NCBI GenBank assembly: GCA_019306185.1
Contig: JAFDMD010000001.1
Location: forward strand, 1 to 54,448
Source: Deltaproteobacteria bacterium
GTDB taxonomy: Bacteria; Desulfobacterota; Desulfobacteria; Desulfobacterales; JAFDMD01
Direction of reading: 5' to 3'
Length of the DNA stretch: 54,448 nt
Part shown: in pieces, positions 18,265 through 29,796 of the stretch
Position numbering within the stretch: the first letter of the stretch is position 1
How the letters are laid out: each line of letters opens with the position of its first letter
The notes under the pieces: model-generated
Database searches by the model: none
The model's input: only the letters and a program-made list of their open reading frames with translations
What the model was told of the DNA's origin: nothing
Position numbers and translations under genes: made by a program

Positions 18265-19458
18265 TTAATTTTTAGTTTTTTTTGAAACCGTTTTTTTTAC
18301 GGGAATCATTGCTTTTAATATTTCAATATTTGCTTGATATTTTTTACCTGTTTTTTTTATTAATTTTAATTTTTCCAATTCTTTTAAATCTCTTATTAGA
18401 GTAGTTATCGTCAGTTTGGCATATTTTTTAGCGATTAGAGGGGTAAGCATTACAATATCTTGGATAAAAAAATTTTGATTGGTTGGCAGTTCCAATATCA
18501 GATCTCGTTTCCGTTTAAAAGCTTCTCTTTTTGAATATCTTATATCTGCAAATGTTTCGTATATATAGTTATGCCAAAAGATTTTAAACTGGTTTTTTTG
18601 AATAATTTCCAAACTTTCTTTTAAGCCGTCTCTAAAACCTTGAACAGCATATTCTATAAAAGAGGTTAAATCTTTATTTTTTCTTGCGTTGTCAAACTGC
18701 CTGTAATATTCGGATCTGGTTTTATTATAAAAATTGGATAAAATATGAGATACAATATTAGGAAGCCCAGCTCTTAATAAAATATAAAATTCTATTAATC
18801 TTCCTGTTCTTCCGTTGCCGTCTCCAAACGGATGAATCCATTCGATATATACATGGGTTGCTATAGCTTCGATTACGGCGGTTGCAAAATCCTGATTTCT
18901 GTTTTTATCAAAATAAAATTCGGTTTTTATCCATCCGCATAATTTTTTTATAAGATCCGGGATATATTTATATTCCGGCGAGCGATATGTTCCTACTATT
19001 CTGTTATCTTCTCTGAATTTTCCGGGTATGGCGTCTATATGTTTTCCCAAATCTTTACTTATCATCTTATGAAATTTTTTGATAAGTTCTGGGGTAATAG
19101 CATTAATTTTATTTTCAAATACCACCTCTTTTAAAAGCCGATTAAATGCATTTATTATATTACGAACCTCTATTTCTTGATATTGTCTGCTGGGCGGCAG
19201 TAAGTTTTTCTTTAAGCCTTGCTCCAAACCTTCTTGAATTTTTTTTATTTCTTCGTCGCTAAGAGTATTTCCTTCGATAGCGGTTGTTGCCTGAGCGCCT
19301 TTTATAAGAGCTACTTGAAGCAGTTTGTCTCTATTTTCCGGTTTTAAAGGAATATTGGAAATAGCTTGAACCAAAGCGTCGCATTCTCCTAATTGATATA
19401 AAGTTTGCGAAGTTAATTCCCAATGTTTTTTGAATATTAAGTGTTGATGAGTTCTCAT
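18265..19458 (-). CDS. Fic-family protein (AMPylase class with N-terminal inhibitory helix) plus C-terminal winged-helix-like tail
   Basis: Fic motif HPFGDGNGRTGR and the inhibitory motif TAIEGN (S/TxxxE(G/N)) upstream. Start placed at the ATG at 19458, behind GGAGA. Stop lies 4 nt before the tsaD start. Confidence 0.85.
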   Translation of the reverse strand: MRTHQHLIFKKHWELTSQTLYQLGECDALVQAISNIPLKPENRDKLLQVALIKGAQATTAIEGNTLSDEEIKKIQEGLEQGLKKNLLPPSRQYQEIEVRNIINAFNRLLKEVVFENKINAITPELIKKFHKMISKDLGKHIDAIPGKFREDNRIVGTYRSPEYKYIPDLIKKLCGWIKTEFYFDKNRNQDFATAVIEAIATHVYIEWIHPFGDGNGRTGRLIEFYILLRAGLPNIVSHILSNFYNKTRSEYYRQFDNARKNKDLTSFIEYAVQGFRDGLKESLEIIQKNQFKIFWHNYIYETFADIRYSKREAFKRKRDLILELPTNQNFFIQDIVMLTPLIAKKYAKLTITTLIRDLKELEKLKLIKKTGKKYQANIEILKAMIPVKKTVSKKTKN

Positions 19459-19620
19459 TGTGTCTCCGATTATAAACTTAAACAAAATAAAATTTGCTTT
19501 ATGCAAACTGTTTGTTTGACAAATAGACTATGTCATTTGTCAATAAAGTTGTCAAATATTTTGTCAATAAAGTTGTTTTGTTTGGACTGACATTAAGAAG
19601 AAAAGATAAGGATAAAAAAA

Positions 19621-19708
19621 TGGTGCCGGAGGTCGGAATTGAACCGACACGAACATAATGTTCGGAGGATTTTGAGTCCTCTGCGTCTACCAGTTTCACC
19701 ACTCCGGC
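19621..19708 (-). tRNA. tRNA-Leu (CAA) with encoded CCA, long variable arm
   Basis: Reverse complement is GCCGGAGTGGTGAAACTGGTAGACGC...GAGGA-CTCAAAA-TCCTC...GGTTCAATTCC...CCGGCACCA. Confidence 0.9.
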
Positions 19709-19790
19709 TATAATCTATTAAAAAAAAATTAATAAGCGAAGTTATATAAAATTGCAAGCTTTTTTAACATAGAAAACTTTCATAACTATG

Positions 19791-21050
19791 TTATTTAATA
19801 TCAAGAGTAGAGACCTTAGAGTTTGATAACTTATTAGAAGTTGAAGCTGTTATAAAATTATAGAATGTATCGCACATATTTTTGAAATCAGGATTATAAG
19901 TAAGGCGTCTGAAAATATTCTTTTTTAAATTCAAAGAGCCGTAAACTATATCTTTATCTTTTGCATTTAAGCATTTTGCCAATTTTTGTTTGTTTCTTAA
20001 ATAATTAAGACAGTTTTTATAATTTCCGTTTTTTCCGTAATGATAATTATCAGGCGATATTGGCAAAGCGAGATGAGAAAAGTTTGATATATTTTGGTTT
20101 GGGTAGCGGCTTTGTCTTTCTTCTATATTCGGATTTTCATTTATCGAAGGATTGTTTTTATAAAGAATGAGTTTTTTAGGCGCTTCAATTCTTTTATTAA
20201 AAAAATTTTTGGCGGCGTTGGGAATTATTATGGGATCATCTTCGCTTAGCGCTATTATTACCGGAATTTTAATCTTTTTTTCTCCTTTAAGCTTAGTAGA
20301 TAAAAGATAAACCTGATATGCCGAATTAAGACTAACGGATTCATATCTGGCAACATCTTTATCTTCGGCTACGGTAAGCCATTTCCAGCCTAATTTTTCA
20401 TACAATTTTATATATTTGACAATCGATTCGTAAAAGATTTTTACGGCCGGAGATAAAAGTATAATTCCTTTTATTTTTGTATTAATCTGTTGAGGATTAA
20501 GCGCAAAATATAAAGCAAGAGCGCCTCCCGTTGAAAATCCGGCTATATATAAATTTTCGGTTTCTTTTCCAAAACTGTTTATTCCGTATTTAACCGCTTC
20601 AATCCATTGCTGGTATTTTATATCGGTTAGATCTCCGGGAATTGTTCCATGCCCGGGTAAAAGAATTGAGCGAACTAAGAAAGATTTTTCTTTAAAGTAT
20701 TTGCCTATATCTTTCATCATAAAAGGAGAATCCGCTAATCCGTGAATTAAAAGAATTCCGTTTTTTTTATTTTTTCTTTTGTCCGGATAAAATTCAAAAG
20801 GAGCGTTAGCTTCGATTATTTTTTTATATTCGATTTTTTGTTTTATATTTTTTAATTTTATACTTTCGGTTATTATTTTGCGGGTATCTTTTATGTATTC
20901 GGAAAAAGGTTTTTGAGTTTCAAAAGAGTATGAAGAGGATAAAGCGGAAGGCTTATGTCTTGCTTCTTTTTTAATTTCCGTGCAGGAATAAAAAAGAATT
21001 AACGAAATGAACAGAATATAAGAGGTTATTATCTTGTTATTTAAAAACAT
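19791..21050 (-). CDS. Alpha/beta-hydrolase lipoprotein
   Basis: Signal plus lipobox (LILFYSC), HG oxyanion context (LLIHGLADSP) and nucleophile elbow GFSTGG. Confidence 0.7.
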   Translation of the reverse strand: MFLNNKIITSYILFISLILFYSCTEIKKEARHKPSALSSSYSFETQKPFSEYIKDTRKIITESIKLKNIKQKIEYKKIIEANAPFEFYPDKRKNKKNGILLIHGLADSPFMMKDIGKYFKEKSFLVRSILLPGHGTIPGDLTDIKYQQWIEAVKYGINSFGKETENLYIAGFSTGGALALYFALNPQQINTKIKGIILLSPAVKIFYESIVKYIKLYEKLGWKWLTVAEDKDVARYESVSLNSAYQVYLLSTKLKGEKKIKIPVIIALSEDDPIIIPNAAKNFFNKRIEAPKKLILYKNNPSINENPNIEERQSRYPNQNISNFSHLALPISPDNYHYGKNGNYKNCLNYLRNKQKLAKCLNAKDKDIVYGSLNLKKNIFRRLTYNPDFKNMCDTFYNFITASTSNKLSNSKVSTLDIK

Positions 21051-21238
21051 TTTATTCCCCTTTTTATTTTATATTGTTTAATAATTTAGCAAATTAGCGG
21101 TTTCATTTTTTCGCCTCCGATAATTTAGAGCAGATTCGGTTAGATTTTTTACCGTTATTTTCTTTAAAAATTATCTGTTATAAGCTTATTGCATAATGCT
21201 AAGTTCAAAGTTTTTTAAAATAAATATTTTTGCTTATT

Positions 21239-23167
21239 TTATTGTTGAAATATTATATTACCGGTTAGTTTTGTATGATAACCGCCCAAAGATTTAACCC
21301 TTTTTTTAAATTCCGCGCTTTTGATAGTTTCAAGCAAAGAGTAAATATTGGAAGTATCAAAATATTTTTGAGGTATTATTATATCGTATTGTTCGGTTAC
21401 TATAGGTATAAAATTAAGATTCAAAGCTTTTGCCGCGGCATAAATGCCAAGCCCTGCATCCGCCGCGTTACTTGCTACGGCAGCGGCTACTGTCATATGA
21501 GTAAATTCTTCGTTTTCATATCCTTTTATATTTTCCGGATCTATTTTTGCCTGTTTAAGTTTGAAATCAAGAAGTATTCTTGTACCGGAGCCGGACTGTC
21601 TGTTTATAAAAACAACATTGGAACGAGTAATATCCTCTATATTTTTTATATTTTTCGGATTATTTTTTGCAATTATCAAGCCTTGTTCTCTTAATACAAG
21701 ATTTATAAGATAAAGTTTGATATCTGGAAGAAATTTTTTTATATAAAAAATATTATAAGAGCCATTTTTGACATCTAATAGATGAGCGCCAGCTATATGA
21801 GCGGCATTTCTTTTTATAGCCGTAATACCCCCCATACTGCCTACATGACTTGAAGATAATATAATGCCGTTTTCTTTTGCTCTTAGCATATCAGATAATA
21901 AATCAATAGAATTGTCATGACTTCCTATAGCTACTATGCTGTTTTTTAAAGATAATAAAGAGCGTCCGGGTAAAAGTTCCGCTTCTATAGGCTGGTTTTC
22001 TTTAAAGCCTTCTATATTTGCGGGAATTCTTATAATGCCGTCTGCTTGAGTTATTGAAGTTATAAAGCCTGCGCCTCGAGACAAAGGAGTTGCTGTAATT
22101 TTTTCGCCTACTCTTCCGAGTTTTACTCTTAAAAATTCTTCTATCCCAAGTTTTGAAGCTATTTTTCTTGCCGAAGTAACAGTAACTTTTTTTCTTTTTA
22201 TTTCCTTTTTTTTTTGCATTTTTATGAGCATAGGCGCTACAAACTGTTCGAATGCAATTATTGCGGAAACAGGATAGCCTGGAATGCCGATTACAGGCTT
22301 TTTATTTATTTTTCCTATTATAACAGGTTTACCCGGCATAATCGTAACTCCATGAATAAGAACTTCGCCCAAATCTTCTATTATTTTTTTTGTATAATCT
22401 TCGGAACCTGCAGAAGATCCTCCGCAAATTAAAATTATATCAAAATCTTCATTAACGCTTTTTGCGGCAATATTTTTTATAAAATTAAAATCATCTTTTA
22501 TTATATCGTAGCGTTTATAAATTCCGCCACATTCTTTTATAAGATTTCCCAAAATATAAGAATTTGTTTCTATTACCCGCCCCAGGTCAAGTTTTTTTAA
22601 AGAGGCTTTTTGCCAGTCTATCAATTCGTTTCCTGTAGGAAGAATTAAAACATTAGGTTTTTTTTTAATTTTTAATCTATATATTCCGCCAGATAAAAGC
22701 GCGCCTATACAATAAGGGGTAACAACATGATTTGTAGGAAAAAGAAGTTCGGTTGCAACAATATCTTCTCCCATTTTTCTTACGTTTTGCCATGGAAATA
22801 CAGGCGCTTCTATAATTATAGCGCCTTCTTTTTCTTGTATATGTTCTATCATTATTACGGCATTTGTTCCTTTTGGCATAACATTTCCGGTATTTACATA
22901 AAACGCCTCCTTTCCAACGATTAATTTTTTAGGTTTTGCATTACTTGCGCCTATTGTAATGTCCGCGTCAACCGCTATTCCGTCCATAGCCGCAGCATGA
23001 TAATTCGGAGAAGATATTTTTGCATAAACCGGAGCAGATAGTATTCTATTTACGGAATCAATGGTTAAAATATTTTCGGAACTTAAAAATTTTTCAAATT
23101 CAAAAAGATCCAAAACTTTTTTTGCTTGATCAAGAGATTTCATTTTCAGATAGATGTTGCGTTTCAA
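21239..23167 (-). CDS. moeA: Molybdopterin molybdenumtransferase MoeA fused to a C-terminal periplasmic-binding-protein-like domain
   Basis: The N-terminal 400 aa have the MoeA pattern (MDGIAV, PTGNEL, GGSSAGSEDY, PGKP, GIPGYPVSA). The C-terminal ~230 aa resemble a molybdate/PBP-like domain (NRQSGSGTR). Confidence 0.82.
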   Translation of the reverse strand: MKRNIYLKMKSLDQAKKVLDLFEFEKFLSSENILTIDSVNRILSAPVYAKISSPNYHAAAMDGIAVDADITIGASNAKPKKLIVGKEAFYVNTGNVMPKGTNAVIMIEHIQEKEGAIIIEAPVFPWQNVRKMGEDIVATELLFPTNHVVTPYCIGALLSGGIYRLKIKKKPNVLILPTGNELIDWQKASLKKLDLGRVIETNSYILGNLIKECGGIYKRYDIIKDDFNFIKNIAAKSVNEDFDIILICGGSSAGSEDYTKKIIEDLGEVLIHGVTIMPGKPVIIGKINKKPVIGIPGYPVSAIIAFEQFVAPMLIKMQKKKEIKRKKVTVTSARKIASKLGIEEFLRVKLGRVGEKITATPLSRGAGFITSITQADGIIRIPANIEGFKENQPIEAELLPGRSLLSLKNSIVAIGSHDNSIDLLSDMLRAKENGIILSSSHVGSMGGITAIKRNAAHIAGAHLLDVKNGSYNIFYIKKFLPDIKLYLINLVLREQGLIIAKNNPKNIKNIEDITRSNVVFINRQSGSGTRILLDFKLKQAKIDPENIKGYENEEFTHMTVAAAVASNAADAGLGIYAAAKALNLNFIPIVTEQYDIIIPQKYFDTSNIYSLLETIKSAEFKKRVKSLGGYHTKLTGNIIFQQ

Positions 23168-23485
23168 GTTTTTTTCTCCTCATTTATTTTTTTGAAGATA
23201 TATCAATATAGCAAAAAATTTTCAATTCCAAAATTTTTTACTTCTTTTTAATATATAAAAATAAAAAAACAACCTTTCAAATTCAATCCTTATTCTTCAT
23301 CTACTCAAACTCTTTGCGCTTAAATTGACTATAATTTTAATATCAGCATGATAACTATAACGCGCATATCAAATTACCTTTAAATTTTCTTGACACCTTT
23401 TAATATAAAGTTTAATTCTTTTTCTTTTTAAATTTTTATATTTTGTAAAAATATTTCATAAAAATTTATCCGATAATCTTAACAC

Positions 23486-23566
23486 GCGAGAGTGGCGGAA
23501 TTGGTAGACGCGCCGGATTTAGGATCCGGTTCTTTTAGAATGGGAGTTCAAGTCTCCCCTCTCGCA
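23486..23566 (+). tRNA. tRNA-Leu (TAG), no encoded CCA
   Basis: Acceptor GCGAGAG/CTCTCGC, anticodon stem CCGGA/TCCGG with loop TTTAGGA, T-arm GGGAG-TTCAAGT-CTCCC. Confidence 0.88.
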
Positions 23567-23784
23567 CTTTTAAAGATTTTAGTTAAAGAAAAGATTACAA
23601 AAGCAATAAGATGATTATCCCTCGCGTTCCCTATTGAAAAGGGGAGATTGATAAGAAATCTTATAATAAAAATATAAACAGAGGAAACGCCCATAACTAC
23701 GTTATAGGCATAAAAAAGAATGATTATGAAAGGAGATGACCATCTCCGAAAAGCCCGCTGTTCAACAAAAAATGAGGAAACATT

Positions 23785-25110
23785 ATGCAGGTTACAGTAA
23801 AAGATATAAATTCCGTTAAAAAAATTATTTCGGTTGAAATACCGGAAGCCGATGTAAACAAAGAAAGAGAAACAGCTTGCCAAGCATTTCAAAACGAGGC
23901 TAAACTAAAAGGGTTTCGTAAAGGAAAAGTGCCAAAATCATTAATTAAAAAACTTTATGAAAAAAATATAAATTCGGAGATAATTACCGCGCTTATAGAA
24001 AGCACATTTCCTAAAGCCGCGGAAGAAACAGGTTTTATAATACTTGGAGAGCCTTCTATAAAACCGAGCGCAATAGAGGAAGACAAACCTTATAATTATG
24101 AAGCAACTGTTGAAATAGAGCCTAAAATTAAAAACATAGATTTTTCAGGTTTAAAACTTAAAAAAAATCTATATACAGTATCCGAAGAAGAAATAGACGC
24201 CCAGCTTGAAATGCTTAGAAAAAATGCCGCGGAATATGAACCTGTAAAAGAAAGAGCCGCTCAAAATGAGGATTATATATCAATAGATTATCAAGCTTAT
24301 AAAGACGGCAAAAAATTTGAAGAAATCGGCGAAGTTAAAGATTTTAAAATGGAAATAGGAGATCCTAAAATGTTTGCCGAATTCAATCAAAACATAATCG
24401 GAATGAATACGGGAGAAGAAAAAAATATAACCGTTTCTATACCCGAAAACGATATGAATAAAAAAATTGCCGGAAACGCCATTGATTTTAAAATAATTTT
24501 AAAAGAAATAAAAAAGCAAATACTGCCACAATTAGACGATCAATTTGCAAAAAAATATGGAGAAGACAATACCCTTGAAGCATTAAAAAGCAAAATATCG
24601 GAAAATCTTAAAAAGGGATATGAAAAAAGAGCGCATCAAGAGTTAATAGAGCAAATATTCCAAGCCATTATAGAAAAAATCGATTTTGAAGTCCCTGAAG
24701 TTTTAATAAAATATGAACAAAAAATTATAGTTGCAGACGCTTTAAAAACATTTGAATATTACAATACAAGCTTGGAAAATCTGGGATTAAAAGAGGAAGA
24801 ATTTGCCGAAAAATATAAAGACCTTGCCGAGAAACAGGCAAGACGCTACCTTATATTAAAACGTCTTATAAAACAGGAAAAATTAGAACTTACGGACGAC
24901 GCGCTTGAAGAGGCTTATAAAGAAAATTCAAAAGCAATAGGAATGTCGGTAGAAGAGGTAAAAAAATATTATCAAAGCAATAAAGAGAATCTTCAATATT
25001 TGAAAGGAGCCCTTCTTGAAAAACAGATAATTGATCTTATAATATCAAAAACAGAAATTGAAGAAATAATACCGGAAAAAGAAGCGGATACAAAAAAAAC
25101 AGATTCTTAA
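23785..25110 (+). CDS. tig: Trigger factor
   Basis: 441 aa with GFRKGKVP ribosome-binding signature and an FKBP-like middle. Conserved tig-clpP-clpX-lon order. Confidence 0.92.
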   Translation: MQVTVKDINSVKKIISVEIPEADVNKERETACQAFQNEAKLKGFRKGKVPKSLIKKLYEKNINSEIITALIESTFPKAAEETGFIILGEPSIKPSAIEEDKPYNYEATVEIEPKIKNIDFSGLKLKKNLYTVSEEEIDAQLEMLRKNAAEYEPVKERAAQNEDYISIDYQAYKDGKKFEEIGEVKDFKMEIGDPKMFAEFNQNIIGMNTGEEKNITVSIPENDMNKKIAGNAIDFKIILKEIKKQILPQLDDQFAKKYGEDNTLEALKSKISENLKKGYEKRAHQELIEQIFQAIIEKIDFEVPEVLIKYEQKIIVADALKTFEYYNTSLENLGLKEEEFAEKYKDLAEKQARRYLILKRLIKQEKLELTDDALEEAYKENSKAIGMSVEEVKKYYQSNKENLQYLKGALLEKQIIDLIISKTEIEEIIPEKEADTKKTDS

Positions 25111-25141
25111 AAAATAAAGGGCGCATAAAAAGGAGAAAAAA

Positions 25142-25747
25142 ATGACCCTGATACCAATGGTCGTAGAACAGACAGGGCGGGGCGAACGGGCTTATGATAT
25201 ATATTCCAGACTTCTTAAAGACAGAATAGTATTTTTAGGATCAGCCGTAGACGACAATATCGCAAATCTCGTCATAGCGCAGCTGCTTTATTTGGAATCC
25301 GAAGACAGCGAAAAAGAAATAAATTTTTATATAAATTCTCCCGGCGGATCCGTTACCGCAGGGCTTGCGATATACGATACAATGCAATACATAAAGCCGA
25401 AAATCTCCACCTTATGCATAGGACAAGCCGCAAGCATGGCGGCCGTTCTGCTTGCCGCAGGAGCAAACGACAAAAGATACGCGCTGCCCAACGCAAGAAT
25501 ATTAATACATCAGCCAATGGGAGGCTCGCAGGGGCAGGCTTCTGATATAGCAATACAGGCAAAAGAGATACTTCGTATGAAAAATGCGTTAGATGAAATA
25601 TTATCCTTTCATACAGGCCAACAAATTGCAAAAATAGAAAAAGATACGGACAGAGATTTTTTTATGACAAGCGAGCAGGGAAAAAAATACGGCATAATAG
25701 ACGAGGTTATAACAAACAGAAGCCAAATATTAAATCCGAAAAAATAA
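25142..25747 (+). CDS. clpP: ATP-dependent Clp protease proteolytic subunit
   Basis: [23 protein letters not shown] (catalytic Ser) and ILIHQP (His). Confidence 0.95.
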   Translation: MTLIPMVVEQTGRGERAYDIYSRLLKDRIVFLGSAVDDNIANLVIAQLLYLESEDSEKEINFYINSPGGSVTAGLAIYDTMQYIKPKISTLCIGQAASMAAVLLAAGANDKRYALPNARILIHQPMGGSQGQASDIAIQAKEILRMKNALDEILSFHTGQQIAKIEKDTDRDFFMTSEQGKKYGIIDEVITNRSQILNPKK

Positions 25748-25862
25748 CGCTTTACGCTGATGATTATAATCCCCCTTTCCCCTTGAAAAAGGGGAAGTAA
25801 ATAAATAACAATAAAAATATAAAACGAAAGTTCGATGTCCAACTTCGATGTCCAACAAAGAA

Positions 25863-25960
25863 TTTTGTTCGTTTTCAAGGCGCGTGAAAATTTTAACCGC
25901 AGTAATACTTAAAGTATTTCGAGGATTAAAATTTGAGCATAACGCAGAAAACGGGCAAAA
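25863..25960 (+). repeat. Palindromic intergenic element, copy 2, sense orientation 36 nt upstream of clpX
   Basis: Arms TTTTGTTCGTTTTC / GAAAACGGGCAAAA pair 14/14 if two T:G pairs are allowed. Core is shared with 11948-12045. Confidence 0.85.
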
Positions 25961-25996
25961 TACGAAATTAGGCGGCGAACTTTAAAAAGAGGAAAA

Positions 25997-27259
25997 ATGT
26001 CCGAAAACAATCGGAGAAACAAAGAAGAAATGCTTCATTGTTCATTTTGTAAAAAAAGCGAACAACAGGTTTCAAAACTTGTTGCAGGACCAAACGTTTA
26101 TATATGCGATAACTGTGTAAATTTAAGCCTTAAAATAATAACAGACGATGCTAAACAGGATATTTCAAACAAATCAAAAAACCTTTTAACGCCCCGCGAA
26201 ATAAAAGAAAAATTAGACGAATATATAATAGAACAGGATAAAGCAAAAAAAATATTGGCGGTTGCCGTATATAATCATTACAAACGGCTTAATTCCAATA
26301 AAAACAGCGAGGATAACGATGCGGAAATACAAAAAAGCAATGTATTGCTTATAGGACCTACAGGCTGTGGCAAAACCCTGCTTGCCCAAACCCTTGCCAA
26401 ATTTTTAGATGTTCCCTTTACAATAGCTGACGCCACCACCCTTACCGAAGCAGGTTATGTAGGAGAAGACGTAGAAAATATAATAGTTTCTTTAGTTCAA
26501 AATGCCGAATACGACATAGAAAAAGCAAAAAAAGGAATAGTATATATAGATGAAATAGACAAAATCGCAATGAAAAGCGGAGATAACCCCTCCATTACCA
26601 GAGATGTATCCGGCGAAGGCGTTCAACAGGCTCTTCTTAAAATAATAGAAGGCACAACAGCCGCAATTCCCCCCAAAGGCGGAAGAAAACATCCCCAGCA
26701 GGATTTTTTAAAAGTTGATACCTCAAACATACTTTTTATATGCGGCGGGACATTTAGCGGCTTAGAAAAAATTGTTCAAAAAAGAATAAAAGAAAAAACA
26801 ATAGGATTTCAAGCCGACATCTCCGGTAACAAAGATAAAAACAAAGACGAACTCCTTAATATAGTTCAGCCCGAAGACCTCATAAAATACGGACTAATAC
26901 CCGAATTTATAGGAAGAATGCCCGTAACTGCTGCGCTTTGTGAATTTACCGAAGAAACTTTAATAAGAATATTAACCGAACCGAAAAACGCTTTGATCAA
27001 ACAGTATCAAAAACTTTTTCAAATGGAACAGGTAAAATTAAGCTTTACAGACGCAGCGCTTAAAGCGATAGCTTCCGAAGCTTTTAAGCGAAAATCCGGC
27101 GCGAGAGGATTAAGAAGCATAATGGAAAAAGCATTATTTGATATAATGTTTGAACTTCCGTCTTTAAGAGACGTAAAGGAATGCGTAATAGGAGAGGAAG
27201 TAATTTTAAATGCACAAGAGCCGATACTGTTATTTGAACAAAAAAGACAAAAGGCATAA
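25997..27259 (+). CDS. clpX: ATP-dependent Clp protease ATP-binding subunit ClpX
   Basis: Zinc-binding CSFC...CDNC, Walker A GPTGCGKT and Walker [10 protein letters not shown]. Confidence 0.95.
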   Translation: MSENNRRNKEEMLHCSFCKKSEQQVSKLVAGPNVYICDNCVNLSLKIITDDAKQDISNKSKNLLTPREIKEKLDEYIIEQDKAKKILAVAVYNHYKRLNSNKNSEDNDAEIQKSNVLLIGPTGCGKTLLAQTLAKFLDVPFTIADATTLTEAGYVGEDVENIIVSLVQNAEYDIEKAKKGIVYIDEIDKIAMKSGDNPSITRDVSGEGVQQALLKIIEGTTAAIPPKGGRKHPQQDFLKVDTSNILFICGGTFSGLEKIVQKRIKEKTIGFQADISGNKDKNKDELLNIVQPEDLIKYGLIPEFIGRMPVTAALCEFTEETLIRILTEPKNALIKQYQKLFQMEQVKLSFTDAALKAIASEAFKRKSGARGLRSIMEKALFDIMFELPSLRDVKECVIGEEVILNAQEPILLFEQKRQKA

Positions 27260-27367
27260 AGAGCGAAATAAAGAAAACAAACAAAAATAAAACCGATTAA
27301 ATTTTGTTACTTTATATCTGTTAAAAGAAAAAAATAATATTAAGCGAAGCAATAAAATAAAAAAAAC

Positions 27368-29752
27368 ATGAAATTTTTTACGCAAAACGATTCTAACGAA
27401 TCAATGGTTATGATACCCGTTTTACCTTTAAGAGACATAGTAGTATTTCCGTATATGGTAATACCGTTGTTTATAGGCAAAACAAAATCGATAAACGGAC
27501 TTATAGACGCGATGGCAAAAGATAAAAAAATATTTCTTGCCATTGAGACCATAACTACTATCGGCAAAAAAGGAAAAGAGCAGGAAGTTAAAAAAAACAT
27601 AAGCCAAACGGGAACAATAGGCAGCGTTTTACAAATATTAAGACTGCCGGACGGAAACATAAAAGTTTTGGTAGAAGGCAAAATAAGAGGCGAAATAGTC
27701 CGCTTTATAAACAATGATAAATTTATATCCGCAGAAGTCGCGCCGATAAAAGATTTACAAATAGACACTGCGGAAGCGGAAGCTTTAAGACGGTCAATAA
27801 TAAAAAGCTTTGAAAATTACGGCAAAATAAATTCTTCAATCCCAAACGAATTAATAAAAAACATAGCGTCTCTTACGGATCATTCTCAGATGTCAGACAC
27901 AATCGCGTCTCATTTTGCATTTAAAGTTCCGGATAAACTCAAACTGCTTAAAGAAAAATCTTTAAGCAAGCGTTTAAACCTTTTACTATCTTTTATAGAC
28001 ATGGAAATAGAAATATTTAAAATGGAAAACAAAATAAAAGAGAACGTAAAAGAGAAAATGGATAAGGCTCATAAAGATTATTATCTTAACGAAAAAATAA
28101 AAGCCTTAAAAAAAGAGATGGGAAAAGAAGAGGATACCGGAGACGAATTAAAAGACCTTGAAGAACAAATAAACAAAAAAGAAATGTCCGAAGAGGCGGT
28201 AAAAAAAGCAAAGCATGAATTTTCCAAACTAAAAAAAATGGCTTCGATATCTCCCGAAGCAGCAGTTATACGAAACTACATAGATTGGATAATAAGCCTG
28301 CCCTGGTATGAACAAAGCGAAATATTAGAAAATATAACAGAGGCGGAAATAATATTGGATGAAGACCATTACGGACTAAAAAAGCCGAAAGAAAGAATAT
28401 TAGAATATCTTGCCGTCCAACTTCTGATAAAAAAAGTCCGCGGACCAATATTATGCTTTGTAGGACCTCCGGGAGTAGGCAAAACCTCGCTTGCGAAATC
28501 GGTTGCAAGAGCAACCGGCAGAAAATTTGTCCGGCTTTCTCTTGGCGGAGTAAGAGACGAAGCCGAAATACGAGGACACAGGCGCACATACATAGGAGCA
28601 ATGCCGGGCAAAGTAATACAATCGCTTAAAAAAGCCGGAGCAAACAACCCCGTTTTCTGCCTTGACGAAGTTGATAAAATGAGCATGGACTTTAGAGGCG
28701 ACCCCTCTTCCGCGCTTTTGGAAGTATTAGACCCCGAACAAAACAACACATTCAACGATCATTACCTTGATATTGATTACGACCTTTCCGACATACTATT
28801 TATAACAACCGCAAACGTTTTACACGAAATACCTTTGCCCCTTCAAGACAGAATGGAAGTTATAAAACTACACGGATATACCGAAGACGAAAAGCTTGAG
28901 ATAGCAAAAACTTTTCTAATATCAAAGCAAATAAAATTAAACGGGCTTGAAGGCAGAAAAATAAGCTTTACTCACGACGCAATAGCCACAATAATAAGCA
29001 GATACACCAAAGAAGCCGGAGTAAGAAATCTGGAGCGAGAAATCGCCTCGATCTGCAGAAAAATTGCAAAACAAATAGTAAAAGACAAAAAAGACAAGCC
29101 ATTTAGAATAATAAAAAGCTCAATTAAAAACTATCTCGGAGTTTATAAATTCAAACGAAACCAAATAGAAGATAAAAACCAAATAGGGCTTGTAAACGGC
29201 TTGGCGTGGACGCAAGCCGGCGGAGAACTTCTTAACGTAGAAGCGCTCATAATGAAAGGCAAAGGAAACGTTCTTACTACGGGAAAACTCGGAGACGTAA
29301 TGAAAGAATCCGCAAGCGCAGCACTAAGCTACGTTCGTTCCAGATCAGACAAATTAAATATAGAAGAAGATTTTTATAAAAACTTCGACATACACATACA
29401 CGTTCCCGAAGGCGCAATTCCAAAAGACGGACCATCTGCAGGAATTACAATGTGCACTGCAATAATATCCGCCGTTACAAAAAGACCCGTTTATAACAAC
29501 ATAGCAATGACAGGCGAATTAACCCTGCGCGGAAGAGTTCTTCCCATAGGCGGATTAAAAGAAAAAATAATAGCCGCCTATACAAGCGGAATAAAAAAAA
29601 TCATAATACCCAAAGAAAACGAAAAAGACCTAAAAGAAACGTCAAAAACAATAATGTCCGAAGTTGAAATAATAAGCGTAGAGCATATGGATGAAGTATT
29701 GCCGCATGCGTTGATTTCGGCGTTGGATAAAAATTTTAATCCTCAAAAATAA
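27368..29752 (+). CDS. lon: Lon protease (LonA), paralog 1
   Basis: LON N-domain ([12 protein letters not shown]), Walker [10 protein letters not shown], and the protease Ser-Lys dyad context PKDGPSAG / ...GLKEK. Confidence 0.93.
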   Translation: MKFFTQNDSNESMVMIPVLPLRDIVVFPYMVIPLFIGKTKSINGLIDAMAKDKKIFLAIETITTIGKKGKEQEVKKNISQTGTIGSVLQILRLPDGNIKVLVEGKIRGEIVRFINNDKFISAEVAPIKDLQIDTAEAEALRRSIIKSFENYGKINSSIPNELIKNIASLTDHSQMSDTIASHFAFKVPDKLKLLKEKSLSKRLNLLLSFIDMEIEIFKMENKIKENVKEKMDKAHKDYYLNEKIKALKKEMGKEEDTGDELKDLEEQINKKEMSEEAVKKAKHEFSKLKKMASISPEAAVIRNYIDWIISLPWYEQSEILENITEAEIILDEDHYGLKKPKERILEYLAVQLLIKKVRGPILCFVGPPGVGKTSLAKSVARATGRKFVRLSLGGVRDEAEIRGHRRTYIGAMPGKVIQSLKKAGANNPVFCLDEVDKMSMDFRGDPSSALLEVLDPEQNNTFNDHYLDIDYDLSDILFITTANVLHEIPLPLQDRMEVIKLHGYTEDEKLEIAKTFLISKQIKLNGLEGRKISFTHDAIATIISRYTKEAGVRNLEREIASICRKIAKQIVKDKKDKPFRIIKSSIKNYLGVYKFKRNQIEDKNQIGLVNGLAWTQAGGELLNVEALIMKGKGNVLTTGKLGDVMKESASAALSYVRSRSDKLNIEEDFYKNFDIHIHVPEGAIPKDGPSAGITMCTAIISAVTKRPVYNNIAMTGELTLRGRVLPIGGLKEKIIAAYTSGIKKIIIPKENEKDLKETSKTIMSEVEIISVEHMDEVLPHALISALDKNFNPQK

Positions 29753-29761
29753 AAAGTCAGC

Positions 29762-29792
29762 CATTTTGACGAGCGCAGCGAGGAGAAATCCC
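29762..29792. repeat. Solo repeat end CATTTTGACGAGCGCAGCGAGGAGAAATCCC
   Basis: Lies between the convergent lon and selB genes. Matches the reverse complement of 17187-17220. Confidence 0.8.
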
Positions 29793-29796
29793 TTAA

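Noticed and set aside
19499-19702. 67-aa ORF on the minus strand
   Set aside because: It is built largely from the tRNA-Leu(CAA) gene and the Fic promoter repeats.
27368-29752. The two Lon genes as a recent duplication
   Set aside because: They share only the universal Lon motifs and differ extensively elsewhere, so they are old paralogs and nothing unusual.
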